Source: Monocercomonoides exilis PA203
Lineage: Eukaryota; Protista; Preaxostyla
Direction: 5' to 3'
Length of the DNA: 64,000 nt
Assembly: GCA_001643675.2 (NCBI GenBank)
Contig: LSRY02000021.1
Coordinates: 310,001 to 374,000, forward strand
The stretch's first letter is position 1. Each line of letters begins with the position of its first letter. Made by a program: the position numbers and the translations under genes. The notes beneath the pieces were generated by a model. The model saw nothing but the letters and a program-made list of their open reading frames with translations. It was not told the DNA's origin and ran no database searches. This document shows positions 25,801 to 34,897 of this stretch, piece by piece.

Positions 25801-26631
25801 ATTAAAGCCAAAGAAACAACAAAAGAAAAAGATGAAATCGAAAACATGGAGGATGAATTCTCTAACAAAGTAGAAGAAAAAGAAGAAAAGCCAAAAACTG
25901 TGAAAAGAAAGAGAATACGCAAAGAAAAGAAGGGAAAGGGAGACAACTTTGTTGAAAGAAACATAATTGAGGAAGAAAAAACAGAAGATATTAAAGATGA
26001 AGAGAAATCTTGTGAAGGGAACGAGAAAATACCTGAAATCGAAGAAGATGCAACGAAAGTTGGAAAAAAGGAAGAAGAAGCTCAAATCGGATCAGCAGAA
26101 ATAATTGAAACAGAACGCAATATTTTTGATATTAATGATACGAAGAATGGTCAAACTGGTGAAAAAGATGAAAGTTCATCTATAAAAGAAAACATTGACG
26201 GAAAGGTAAAATATAAACTACGAAAAAAGCCAAAGAAAAAAGCAGATGAAAAGAATCTTAAGAACGAAATTGAGATTTTAAGGGAAGATGAACAAGCACA
26301 AGAAAATGATAAAAATGATGAAACCTATTCAAACGATTTTGAAGAAGAAATCTTCAAAGAAGAAGAAAGATTTGAAAAGAAAGAAATTGGTGAACAATCA
26401 AGTGAGCTTGAGAACGAAAATAAACTTGAGAATGAAGAAAAAGGGCAGGAGTCAAAAGACAATGATAATCAAAATGCGAGTCTTGAGCATGTGAATACAC
26501 AACTTAGTGAAATGGAAATAAATATCGAAGGGAAAGAAACGAAAATTGAAAATAAAAAGAAAAATAAAAAAAGGAGCAAAAAGAAGGGAAATCGAACTGC
26601 TTCAAAAATATCTGGGGATGAAACTGAGTGA
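13834..26631 (+). CDS. Giant (4,265 aa) single-pass surface protein with repeated Cys-capped beta-helix-like modules and a K/E-rich cytoplasmic tail
   Basis: Uninterrupted 12.8-kb ORF with an N-terminal hydrophobic signal. Seven CG-x5-C motifs and recurrent GG(A/G)(I/L)Y and FxxNxAxxGxD motifs of Pmp/pectin-lyase type. TM helix LYVIVIISVVAGILLMCLILVVITVV at about 24535-24615, followed by a basic stop-transfer KKLFIRKKKK. Confidence 0.9.
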   Translation: MLIAIVLLFFKIKFCKVQPSTLYFIDSKYPSIIEGNEFTAINSTLSLTFISFISNQEKEILHINSNSALNIYCCNFYEAASNHHSSVIFSSGINKLNNISISFKYNINKTCSSLTKLSEGKGKIILSNSAFFSFVVAQTSFSSFLSSGCGILESVSQCSFSNISLREETVKTFIRNQSPVSTIDASLLVNSSFLFCQDVFYGCIIHGLSCVSPSTKLSVKLCTFKYCTHTQSSKKLKKYRLVNTDRQDVNDREASFSDCEWIKCSGEKGGAIYFDGYRSVLRNHDLTLNYCIFECCYSGTSGGAVYMKSVDEHSVTGCFYFGSQAANGIAIDTYLEKPDSYYSQKQHTWTNSYTTAEHSSFVVNGKGDYSSKINIMKKQWEISNTGNDERGCGLSSIRCKTIQFAFDQQRVNYPVPMVILNGTFSPTTIVVKRFPCVLNGSNRVFSIISNLESVGTVFSVSGTSFKVSTAKFRFEKATTSIVQLMDNGNCSIEQIITEQPSNVQELNSPCFQIESGILKISNSLFSSLKLASGNALVKAQQGSSVRFSLSNFTSISSSGGYSVLMNTFTSQESFNVSLDGCLLASVGDGGISNGGCLSFQCSSSTSFFVSNTSFSSNVASSVNGKGGALHFSYQQLIPEQCTLKFNEIRFTENVARFGRDFFITVRDLTESITATVIPFALLSESIPDRSNALYGSDMSAYFEPVDLYTFLTGFFSDTIHVSSESYNTDRIFCGSNEYRCSTLPYAVTRFSPSILPPSDSTPNRVLLLSGTVGAISTNLNLTNVECVSQSAAMKATIQFASTLSGDAQTVIASKGKFVVSQLYLSFFPSIRNDASASISTLFSFTEDEALFSSCIFRCETSEQTSVTFSLIAALDSSKLLISYCSVGQPQRLAFSVPAFLFTGNASTINMTYATIENVTSAGNGVGLFECNSSSKEPTIWFSNCRFSKLRGGDQTNCLFSSRTTSSGSVVLDSCTLFSCVADSATKGGAVMWHVSSGGKIQIASCDVRSCSTETELRGRGGGIYILLDDSESDFLVSSVTFSANKAFLGKDMYIEYSQLDQASNLSKYQSVFSPTFDFDNSVFGSSHESDAAAVDIIDEMRYRSQTVYITSLQESPGTDWFRCGTSADPCYSLDFGRKQHIRDSIDTHSLVVMRESLIGSETDLSDAAVTSSDAFSFALAFTEEMEKKSGRVISNQRSLVISSASFSLPSSFLRGQKTLFFTEAGSLRISFSTFSATIPNLFLSYVLISAASGSLELSECNFGLNEVTSITSPILSVSQSASISLSLVTFTKFEITGSSFLAAPQQIQSSLASSSSSNMAQPQTEHNLSNCTFNSITSSSTTNFVSLLSASLSNKLIISNMSLIAGVASGSGEGGGMKLTMPTSDPCPSLTIRESVLKDCMCNNVSGKGGFLYLQVGNSDPSFLLSSLTFQRNTAAFGENLYLLGTDLNATVNTNRLGFELSDFVDNRNAFVGSDSTFSSVDLLAFIISFTSDAVVVSSSGFDVKRCGSEIEPCKTFWSGMKRINELSPNSKSILVDSFASICDKYDISNFTVESKTKTGKCAISVLSAMNSPSETSQSIFNNRLTASFNEIDFLLPSCFSTGEEVFVLSNPTNGAVSFGECTFANETVDPILFTLISVESGKLSFEAVSIKMCSFAKPPFCFKENSDVLLEELNMQSIELESSTLIRLMDSNQFCSSSSFSASFSSSNEASSNLILRNTTLKNITSLSSFASPVIFSSTILFSTEISQSTFDRLKSSDSPNGGALKIGLDESTGKLEVNNLRLTNCECSTETGRGGGIYVECCESNPDSFAVSSLFVNSNKAFIGRDLYLFVNNLPNLVSPTTYSFTVLFSDKNNSLIGADRDRFQEEVDLFILIDGFSDDALFIGYTEGSDELSCGSIGRPCQTLDYTLGKLDEATNKLRQISINKIAFLGAPVLMEFVTVAGLFDNATGIRNEEDTVSLLVQREMSSNENYENNGNSIIASTSTLQFKDVTFYIPISFVYISPTSFITSLSSRGSLLLRSCAILNLDLYGNDDTSSFHLISAESGTATLLNFAVKELSFSSSPFFFSQTTQVTLSSVFCDDIGFLSCSLFDSKFSLFSSSSFLSASTAHSSNAAIGFITLESCNFSNIRGLYETSTPCLIGASLLVELRMTNCCCSNMSSLFSHEGGGIKALLNSSGALKIYGSDGTSSPQFSSCECDSIESGRGGFLYLGIEGKNHDFEFSGIQFQNNSAKEGNNIFISSSDLLVSMKTDRFSFPLDLWVNDSNSFVGCDDRNFSNAVVDLLSFLIPFSADSVLVSISGFDLMRCGTENLPCSSFAVGVSRFDTNSQEQKTLLIDTLTTIGASCDMTNCITSSFSDVKASVVFSSALTLSSSISIESYAVLINKNTANYSLLAFSFSKTQFDSGAECVFESSSGDLIFSHCSFASPVVIEFVLVRVLDGFLQFGASSLDSMKFGTPPFLLSPISNSSFVDSSVSSCDIQDGNIIKLLRPSDGCYSSLKSNSECNLKLLPDNSVSSASQIMFSGCTFVSVLYVTVSADLPSTTIPTVLCCDSPFDNINFLLNISDSSFINCSSLISDKGGVFYFTLSHSMSLEVTDSFFLSCQCNPLSGCGGCIYLCGIDTDPLPVFFRDDMFKLNNAKYGKDIFIECLNVSAQISEVNFEMAFDSTSLSDKYLMNGMDNTNHPDNPAIQLLDYVMFYRSSIVYVSSSSLSSLDDGKMCGDLNKPCYSLSSGSTHVHLIKGGTEGRIYVINSSIIEKQMELIGTRVISQNLESATEDNRSWIIVPSNVSTENNCIISCKKSVSFEYLGFSFESLGEIQGIDVFCCCTDGSLSVEFCIFTSIQPEDLILSHSFSSDFQSRISSAFVLPFPLFVSERSSIMLSGGSLSNMSFLHQMLLIGPSSLSELSYLSGNATISLSIQNISCSTISATSESLFQINSVNEVTIYNLSINSISCCTLEKYYSNEDYESNISNNDPMSLFVFANCNSIEMDQAEISDFNLPDFSVFAFTNIERITISKPSIESITSAKTLFEFIDISFAEIEKCTVANAIFECSMLVLSSAVIPEQSVNNVMSHSQLEEQLPSSPDNQDEASSFTIRALSVANVTTSQQPLFSFSHHSANVEIEKINISNVTLPCSSVVDIHSSNSPFLISGSFLSNVTSLSSDFPIISVSSMESTVKFINCSFSECKCFATIGGFIQVSQCSDVTMDLCSLDGKEAFLGIDIVIEFSEVIEDSPYAQDHIVETRKMGYLDEIVSHDQKNKKTFANIPKTASSAVNKSIHSNQDDLLNKSEQDFECTNKYRRKETSKRNYEEKRNEKEKVKDEVCSWNGSVLNIRGGNVLLKDSSITNSSQGGLSIFGGNVTIEDGKFADNSPSIEHYESVRRNIRCFLPEDGKNLMLNEEQADNPALCELNIISLKGGDGLQADSSLWILNEGHKLSGIASERLSPFFIPKISSITVEETESYVNVIFEGSLLLPCNLTYQIIFTSEEEQVIEKRMFSEEDYISEEKIQVTLDPSEIKAKDMETEVSISISFGDQIKQNIISSAIITNKTAPKAAELPAEKKMLPLYVIVIISVVAGILLMCLILVVITVVKKLFIRKKKKNEFIEIDADSDFEDEEEKNIITKEPACQTPHAKISAPETPSSLLSSASSTMPLLSCSAQAVENSCESYQEYSENSGEYENELHEKSASEEDRSKDECLDHIINTDSRPESLILSDEDSQLFRLDNISVNENNLTPCSTIALTSEFTLCSSPLASSSFVDTSLYELNPMHSTDKAAEKRRRRPGKINKRAKRVKIEEEEAEEVISINELEQTSEEVKSEATVDEIEENKTEVADNSTITLYDSTEDSTDDSTVHATENEVEANDSSRASENMTLDGMEKIVEAEELPLNESNVNENEKPKKKKGKKKKQKNVLNEVIGEELQNGDNIGEQEAGDNEDSLNEKPKIDGSDDMIENNEDKNVEEITTENCVLENEEKEKEQKVVEDYEIKAKETTKEKDEIENMEDEFSNKVEEKEEKPKTVKRKRIRKEKKGKGDNFVERNIIEEEKTEDIKDEEKSCEGNEKIPEIEEDATKVGKKEEEAQIGSAEIIETERNIFDINDTKNGQTGEKDESSSIKENIDGKVKYKLRKKPKKKADEKNLKNEIEILREDEQAQENDKNDETYSNDFEEEIFKEEERFEKKEIGEQSSELENENKLENEEKGQESKDNDNQNASLEHVNTQLSEMEINIEGKETKIENKKKNKKRSKKKGNRTASKISGDETE

Positions 26632-27679
26632 GAGTCTGCAATGGTCATTCTTGTTTTTTGAATACACCTAAAAATACTTGAAATTGTTGGATGTTACCAA
26701 TGCGAATGGAAATTTGCTTTTTGTGAAGAAAACTAAAGAGAAAGCAGAGAGTGAGTTTTTTTTTACAGCCAGCTTTGAAGCCTTGATTAAACGCCTTTTA
26801 TCATTTGAAAAGACTTTAATCGCTTTTAAGGCAGATGCATATGTTAACAAACGTAATGTTCATTACATGCAATTCATGATTTTGTGAATGTCTCCTTCTC
26901 GTTTCTGTAGATTTATTGTTTTATAATTATGTATTTATATTTTTTTATAAGTTCTCACTTTTCAGTTAATTTATAATTTAATTAGCATTGTGATTTGTTA
27001 GTTTTATTTCATTATTGTCAATCTGTAATGTGCTGCACAGCAAAATAACCTTACAATATTCTTTTATTGTTTGTTGATGCTATTTTATTTGATAGCATTT
27101 ATTTTAATCTTAATTGTTATTTCTGCCATCATTTTCGTTTATTTTTCATATCTTTAATTTGTATGTATTATAATTATTATCAATGAGTTCTGATACATCT
27201 TTATCCGGTTATTCTAACCGTTTTAATTTTGTTATATGTAACTGTACATTTTGATTTACAAATAATAATTTTTTAAATACTTCTTCATTTGAATTATGCA
27301 TTTATTTAAATTTTACGAATCTGTTATATTATGAAATTTATTAAATTATGCATTGCATTATGATTGGGAACTTTTTTCTATTCTTATTAGAAAAAAAGTG
27401 GAGTTAATATTTTTAATATCATAATCAATCATGCTTCAATATTGTTTAGATAATAATGTTTACGTTTGTGAAGCTTGCATTTTTAATTTTTAATCAAACT
27501 TATAAATGTCATTGTGGCAAATATAAATTCAAGTAAGATTATAATAATATAACTTTCATTTTTTTTTTTTTTTGGAAATTTTCTAACATTTATGGTGACT
27601 TTGATCATTATAAATTTGTTTTAATTTTATCGACTTTTTTGGCAGTTCGAATTTAAAATAAAATCTGCTACCTTGAATA

Positions 27680-30600
27680 ATGACATTAATAGTACAAGAT
27701 AGCAAACCGCCAGATAATAATAAGCTTGCAATCTTGACCACCGTTATTCTTGTAATTCAAATTGCATCAATTATTAATGGCTATTTTGTAAGTGGATGGA
27801 TAACATTTGCCATATTTTTTGCTACATTTGCGCTTTGTTTTCCAGGATATGAACCCTTGAAGCGCTATGAACACAATACAATAAAATAGTTTGAAGTTTA
27901 TTATTTTACCCAGTTATAGAAAATATTTTTATTTAATTAATAAGTGCTCCATTACTGTGCATTATCATTGAAGTTGTGGCAACAGTATTCGTATTTGTTG
28001 CATGCTTACTTAGCGGAAAAGCGATATTTTTTTACATTTTCTTATCTTTTGGGTCGCTAATTTCTTTAATAACATTTCCAATTATGTACTTTCATCACTA
28101 TCAATTACATAAGCAAAATAAAAAGGAGCATCGAGGTTCAGAAAATGAAGTCTGTCCAGATCTTATTTTTTTGGTATGTGCATAGTTGAATGCAAAATTC
28201 TGAATTTGAATGAATTTGCTTTTCATTTCATAGGTGAATGGTAAAAACATAGAAGAAGCAACAAGTAATGATCATATACAGACAAACAACGAAAGCGAAC
28301 CATCTTCAGAAAGAAATACAGCACGTTCTTTAAGTCAACAATCTGAACATGAAGAAGTGAAAGTTATTTCACCTCCGAAAAAATCAACTTCCGAAAGCAA
28401 ATTACCAAAAGCTGAATCACGAGTATCGCTTCACGGAGCAATGGGCACATCTCAGCTACAGGCAGTGCACTCGTCTCAATCAATGGCTTCAGTAGCAACT
28501 CCAGTTCCCATTCTTCCAATGTGCGAAATGTCACGCTTCTGCCTGGAGTTCCGAAGCAACTCCATGGTCATTACTGAACATGTGAAGAACGAGCTTACAC
28601 TTCCAGACAATGTGAAGGAGCTTCTCAGAGACTTTGTGGGGAACGGGGCAGAAGGAGAGGGGTTCACAGATGATACTGAAGTGATGCCCATCAAGACGAT
28701 TCAAGGTCGATCTTCCGGCGAAGCAGATGATGGAGCAACACTCCAGGGGCAGTCGCAGCAGAAGGGGAACGGACAGCGGATGGGCAGCGGATACGAAGAA
28801 GGAGTGGCAATGGATGTTGTGGAGAAGCATGTGGAAGGCATTGGAGAAGACCAGCTGGACGAGTCTGATGATGAGTGTGAGGATGATAATGAAACCTCAG
28901 CTGCTGCTAACAGCTCCTGCAACAACTGCACCAATGCCTCAAGAGATGCCAGCGAAAGCAGCATGTCAAACGGGAAGGCATCGCGTTCGCGCAACAAAAT
29001 GCGGAAGCAGTCGAGTCTGCAGATCTCTCCTCCCTCAAATACGTTGCTTGCCAGTCAGTCTCCTCCCAGCCAAAGCATCCAGCTTCTTCGCAATAACAAC
29101 AACAACAACAATAATAATAATAATAACATTATCATCAACACAGTTGCACAGCGGCGTGGGGCCTCTTCAACGTGCTCCTTCTCTTCCTATGAGCATCTCT
29201 CGCAGCTTATCCGCTCAACATCCACCGCTCCAAAACCCACTCCTCTTGCTCCTTCACCGTCGAGTGCCCATCTGCCGCCAAAGAAGTCTGCAGAACAGGA
29301 ACAGGAGCGGCCCATTTCGTCTGCCTCGTCTGCGTATGAATCAGACTCTGCCTCAGCGTCTGTGGCACCAATGGCATTTGGCTTGCTCCAGTCTTCGCCT
29401 TCACTCGGGTTCTCAGACGCCTCTGCCGCTGCCTCGCTTTCCTCTGCTCAGATTGCATGCTCTCCGCCTTCGTCCTTCGTGTACATGTCGTCCCATCCTG
29501 CTTCATCGTCTTCACTCTCATCTACTTCCTCTGCTTCTTCTGCTTCTTCTGTCTCAACTGACACATCATCTCAAGTCAATGCGAATGTTGCATCTTCTTC
29601 TTCTTCTTTGGGAGGCAGCCTTGCCAACCCTTCCTCACACCACCCACAAAGCAGTGAAGATGAGAAGCGGGAGAATCTGCACAGAACCATTTCAACTCTT
29701 GTTCTGTCGCCGTCTTCTCCGCTTTTCACTCTTCTTCCGCGTCGCGACAGCGCCTTCACACTTCGGACGCCTTCGATGCTGTCGGTTCTCTCTTCAATGA
29801 GCTTATCTCCTTCTGCTTCTTCTCCTTCTTCTGGTTCATCATCATCATCATCATCTTCTTCTTCTTCACAAATGTCTCCATCACCTTCCTCTTCTCCTTT
29901 GTCATCGTCTTCTTCTTCTTCATCCTCTTCTTCCTCCTCATCTGCTTCTTCCACTTCTTCTTTATCAAAGCCTTCTTCCTCTCGAACTGTCACTTTCGCC
30001 AAAGAGCCTTCTTTCAGCAATGAAGTTATTCAGACAAACCTGGATGATTCTTCAGCACAGCCAGAAACATTCAAAATGCCGTCACGAAGGCCACAGCGAA
30101 TACACTCGAATTCTTCCTCATCTAACTCACTGGTTCCTTTAGCCACATCTTCTTCTGCTTCTTCTTCATCTTCGTCTTCGAATGTTGCTTCTTCTCCTCT
30201 CTCATACACATCCGAATTGTCAATGAGCAATCAGTCTCGTTGGTCTTCAAACAATCTTTCACGCCCTTCAGTCACTTCATCCTCACCTCTTGCCAATTCT
30301 TCTTCCTCCGCTTCCACCTCTTCTTCTTCTCGGGAATCTCTTCCTCTCTCCATCACTGACCAATACTCCGACCACCTCCTCACTTCCGACTCGCCCTGCT
30401 CCAACACTTCCTCTCCCTCGCCAGCTGTGTCTGTCTCCTCCACAACCGCCCTGCTGCACGACACCTCAGCCTCTCACATCGTTCCCTTTGCATTCCCTCC
30501 AACCGTCTCGTCTGAATACGCCTCGCGGGAAGGCAATGAAGCAGACACAGACACAGACACAGCCACTGATGCCATGCGCCTTCCGCTCTCTGCAATGTCG

Positions 30601-30822
30601 TCGCCTGTGCAGGAGCGTGTCTCTTCTGTCCGCGCTGCCTCGTCTGCAGTGCCGATGAGAGGGTCTTCAGCGTCCATCGTCATTCCCCCGTCCACTTCGC
30701 CCATCCCACCGCCAACCATCATCACCTCCTCTGAACATTCACTTGTGCAGCAGAAGCTGGCTTACTCAACTGCACAGAGTCAGCGCGTGCTGCAGTCGGT
30801 AATATTGCAGAGTCCAATGTAG
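27680..30822 (+). CDS. Hypothetical membrane protein: four N-terminal TM helices plus about 860 aa of Ser-rich disordered tail
   Basis: Exons 27680-27888, 27945-28173 (alternative donor at 28150) and 28234-30822 join in frame to about 1,008 aa. Four hydrophobic segments lie in exons 1-2. Confidence 0.7.
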
Positions 30823-31583
30823 CAATTGACAGTTGCAGTGAAATGATGTATTTATTTATGCCTTTTTTTTTGAAGTTTGACACATCTGATACAAAAAATG
30901 AAAATAGCACTTAGAATTTGTTTTGAGAAACAAATTGTCAAAAGAATTATTAATTTAATTTTTTGTTTTTTAATTTTTTGTTTCTTTTGAGTGCTGTTCT
31001 TTGATTTATTGAAAATTCTGTTTATATATTTATATCTTTTCATTTGAGCTATCTGTCATGTTTCGTTTAGTTTATATTTATCAATATTTATGTTTTGCTA
31101 TCTGCGCAATATATTTTTGGGAGTACTTTTTTTGCAATGACTTATTTTTTAAAATATTATTCAGAAATTTTTATGAATTTGTGATTTTCCTCGAATTAGT
31201 TTTTAAAATAAAGAAAATTTCCACAAAATTTCGAAATGGAATAGCACTCGTTATTCATTGATGATTAAAAAATTGATTCAACTCTTTAAGACAGTCTTTT
31301 TTTTTTCAAAATAAGAGATGGTGCAAAAATTTGTCGTTGCGACACACTTTGAAAGGAAAAGGAAATTCAATGAAACTATTGAATTGTTTCAACTCAGCAA
31401 TTATTCACTAATTTCTCTCAGTGAATGAAAAGCTTAGGACTTATTCTTATTCAAACATTCATTGTAACTGATGCATTCATCTTCAAAGCTAACATAACAC
31501 CAATCCAAAAATTAAAAAAACATTGAAGATTTGAAATATTAAAGAATATCATTCAATCATTGTTTGAATCCAAATTCTCATTT

Positions 31584-31585
<2 letters not shown>

Positions 31586-31618
<33 letters not shown>
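31586..31618 (+). repeat. T33 homopolymer tract
   Basis: Direct observation. Confidence 0.85.
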
Positions 31619-32082
31619 CGGAGCAAATATAAAAAGTTGCAAGAACAACAAAGAAAAGCTGAAAAGAAAAAATGATTTATTGCATGGAATCAAGGGCCAA
31701 ACGCTATTTGAAAGCATATTGTTGATTGAGATGAAGGAAAGGGACGAATTAATGAGAATAGAAGTAAAATTGAGCATAAGTCAGCAATAAACGATTGAAA
31801 ATGAAATACTGTATCCTTTTCATAGAAAGGACAAAATTTTTGAATATTATAAAAGAATTTCGATCAACAGAATACATCCTTGGGCATGATTCATTCATGA
31901 TTCAGAATTTCTCACTGGAAAGAATTAAAGAACGAGAGAAAGAGGATGAACAAGAATTAGAAAAAAATTTTTCATCATTTTATAAATTTGTTCACATCAA
32001 TAATAATCACAATATCAAAATTTTTACTGATGAAGAATCTATCCAGTTCTGATTAATTAAAGACAATTCATGCAAATGCGAG

Positions 32083-32841
32083 ATTTGTTCATCCTCACAT
32101 GAGATATTGTTTATGGATTTGAGAGATTCACTGTTCATGCTGCTTCATGGAAGGAATGAGAAAAAAGAGATGGCGATTGGCACCTTTCAGGAGAGAGAAT
32201 ATACAGCTGTCCAAATCCTGTTCTGGGTGGCTAATCTCGCACTCCACTCATTTGATGAGATGGAAAATCCTCTTCAATCATTATCCAGTTTGAGTCCTCA
32301 CATTGTATTGTTCTCTGAGCACATGGTCATCTGCATTGTAATGCATTCTGACTTATTGTCCGATGATGACTCAGATTCATCCTCTATCTCTTCGTCAACT
32401 GTTGTGACTTCTGCCAGTGATAATGACGACGATGAAGATTCTCTTCCCTCGTCTGCCTTTGAGGATGAAGATAACTTCAAAAAAGAGTGTTTGAGATGGA
32501 AGGCACCTGAGCTGCTGATCAACAAGAAGTTGGGAGCAACCAAGGAGTCAGTGGTATTTTCGACCGGAATGATGCTGTGGGAGTTCCTGACTCTTCAAAT
32601 CCCGTTTGGGGAGTATGAGGCAGAAATTGCTGCACAGAAGGTCGTGAATGAATAAAGGATGGAGATGGTGATGGCTGAAAAGCCTTCATTGGCATATGCT
32701 TCAAAAAATTGCATGCTCCAAACGGATTCAGAATTTCCGTCATTGTTTTTAATGAATCGGGTGTTCATTAGACTTGTTCTATATTATGAAGCCTTAATGG
32801 TTCTTCTTGAAGCAATTGACAGAGAAGAAGAATCAAGTTGA
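32083..32841 (+). pseudogene. 5'-truncated remnant of a degenerate protein-kinase-like (TKL-like) domain gene
   Basis: Kinase subdomain VIII-IX-like text RWKAPELL...ESVVFSTGMMLWEFLTLQIPF. No N-lobe, HRD or DFG. A premature TAA at 32653-32655 is followed by the same frame continuing (ORF 32659-32841). No upstream exon recognised. Confidence 0.7.
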
Positions 32842-33322
32842 TATGGGAAGAATTACAAAATGAATAATAATGCGAATAACTTTAAAGAGTGGGAAAATGT
32901 TATTTCTATTAGTGTGAGAACAACTTGCGTGAAAATTTCAGAAACACAAATTAATGAAACATTTTAAATGTCGCATTAAAAATACGAAAAAATCAGCTTT
33001 ATCAAAGTAATACTTTCATTTTCAAATGCTAAATGGTATGAGCAAAAGATATAAAATTAATGTCATTCGAATTTTTAGGATAATACTGCAAATAGCATTG
33101 CTGAGCCACCCACTTCAAAGTTGGTAAAATTCAAAAAAACAAAATTTGTTAAAAACTAAGAAATATCTGCTCACTGTTCAAAAATAACAAAAAATCTCCT
33201 TTTAAAAAAGGCTTTCTTAACATCTGTGAATTTGTCAAAATCTGGTGTGAATGTATATTGTTGATCAAATGTCATTTAAATTGACTATGGCTTAAGATCG
33301 CAATTATTCCCTTCCGGTTTTC

Positions 33323-34559
33323 ATGTCTTGGAAAAAAGGTTGATGCACTTAATATAACACTTTATTGTATTAAATTTATTGTTTTATAGATGATATTAAA
33401 GTTGCGTTACAATTTTCGCTGACTCAAAATCAAAAAATAATTTCAATGGTATTACTTTATTTTTACAATATTTTTATGCTTTTTTTTTCTTTTCTTATCT
33501 TTCTATTAAAGAAAAAAAGCCGCATTGAAAATCTTAAAGAGGAAATTGGAAGATCGATGAAGGAAGGAAAAAATGAAATAACATTTATCAAAGTTTAAAA
33601 CTTTTTTGAAATACATTTAAGTCAAGACTTTGTTCAAATTTAGGCAGAACTTCTAATCAGCGAAAAGAAATATTCAAGAGGATGCGAAGCTTTGGGCATT
33701 CTTTTGAATGTAATGCTTGAAAAATTGGATTTGCTTTCAAGTTTTTCATTTAAGGATCTTTCGAAAAAAGAACCGAGATTGTTAATGTACATTGCGGGGT
33801 ATGCATTTTTAAAAAACATATTTGCATTTAATATGGAACTCTAATTAAAGAATTGTTTTTTGTACACAGCACGTTGATAATCGATATATTCAACCTGTTG
33901 TTGATGGAATAAAAAATAAATTTGGCAAAGAATTTGTTAAACTAGCACTGAAGGGTGATTCTAAATATGTAGATCAGAACCTTACATCTATATTTTCACC
34001 AGTGCGTCCGTCAAGGGAAGCAGTTATTATTGAATTGGAAAAAATAGCAGAAGAAAATAATATTGGAGTTCCAACAATTGATCTTGATAGTAGGTTAGCA
34101 ATACTCGAAGCAACGGATGTCTCTACTTCTTCGACCAAACCAGAATCATCATCACCATTTACTCCATCAACCACATCATCACTTCCTCCTTTTGATACCC
34201 CATTATCATTTCCAGCTTCTCCTTCAGCTTCTCCTTCTTCATTTCCAAATTCTTCAACGCCAGCACAATCTTCATCTTGTGCTCCTTCGGCTCCTCCAAT
34301 GTCCAGAAGCAGTATTTTGGATCAGGGCAGATTTTTCCCAGGAGGTGTTGTCCTTGGACAGGATGGTTCACTCCCTCCTCGTTCATTCTCTCAACATCCT
34401 TTTGATGGAGAGTCTCCTTATGCTCCTCCTGGTTATTACACGCCTCCAAGAATGCCATCTGCAAGTGGCAGCTCATTTCCTTCTGGTCCAGCTACAATGG
34501 AAGATACGCAGCACCAATACACGGATGATGACAACGAAGATGATTTGAAAATCCAGTAA
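33323..34559 (+). CDS. IST1: IST1-like ESCRT-III-associated protein, about 339 aa
   Basis: Exons 33323-33338, 33390-33448, 33512-33592, 33644-33798 and 33851-34559 total 1020 nt in frame. Translation KKSRIENLKEEIGRSMKEGKNE.TFIKAELLISE...KNKFGKEF...PSREAV..ELEKIAEENNI follows the Ist1 domain pattern, then a Pro/Ser-rich tail. Confidence 0.78.
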
Positions 34560-34897
34560 TAAAAATAAACAAATTTTTATTGAATAATTCATTTATTTTA
34601 TTGATTTTTTTTTTTTTATTTTATTCATTTTCATTTGTTTATTTGTTTGTTCGTTTGCTCATTTATTTGGTTTTTTTTAAAAACACACTTAAGCGTTTAC
34701 TCGTTAATCGAGTGTTTGTGGATGTTATGATTTTTTCTATATTTGTTTTCTCATCCAATGGGGTTGTGGATTATTGTTTTTGTGATCTTACTTCTAAGAA
34801 AATAATTTGCAAGTCCTCAAAAAATATTTTATTTATTTATTTTCAAATAAATCTGTTCAGAAGTTCAATACTCTCTTGAGACTGTCAGAGGTTGCGC

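Noticed and set aside
26668-26887. Overlapping 60-69 aa ORFs after the giant gene
   Set aside because: No motif or splice support; probably 3' UTR.
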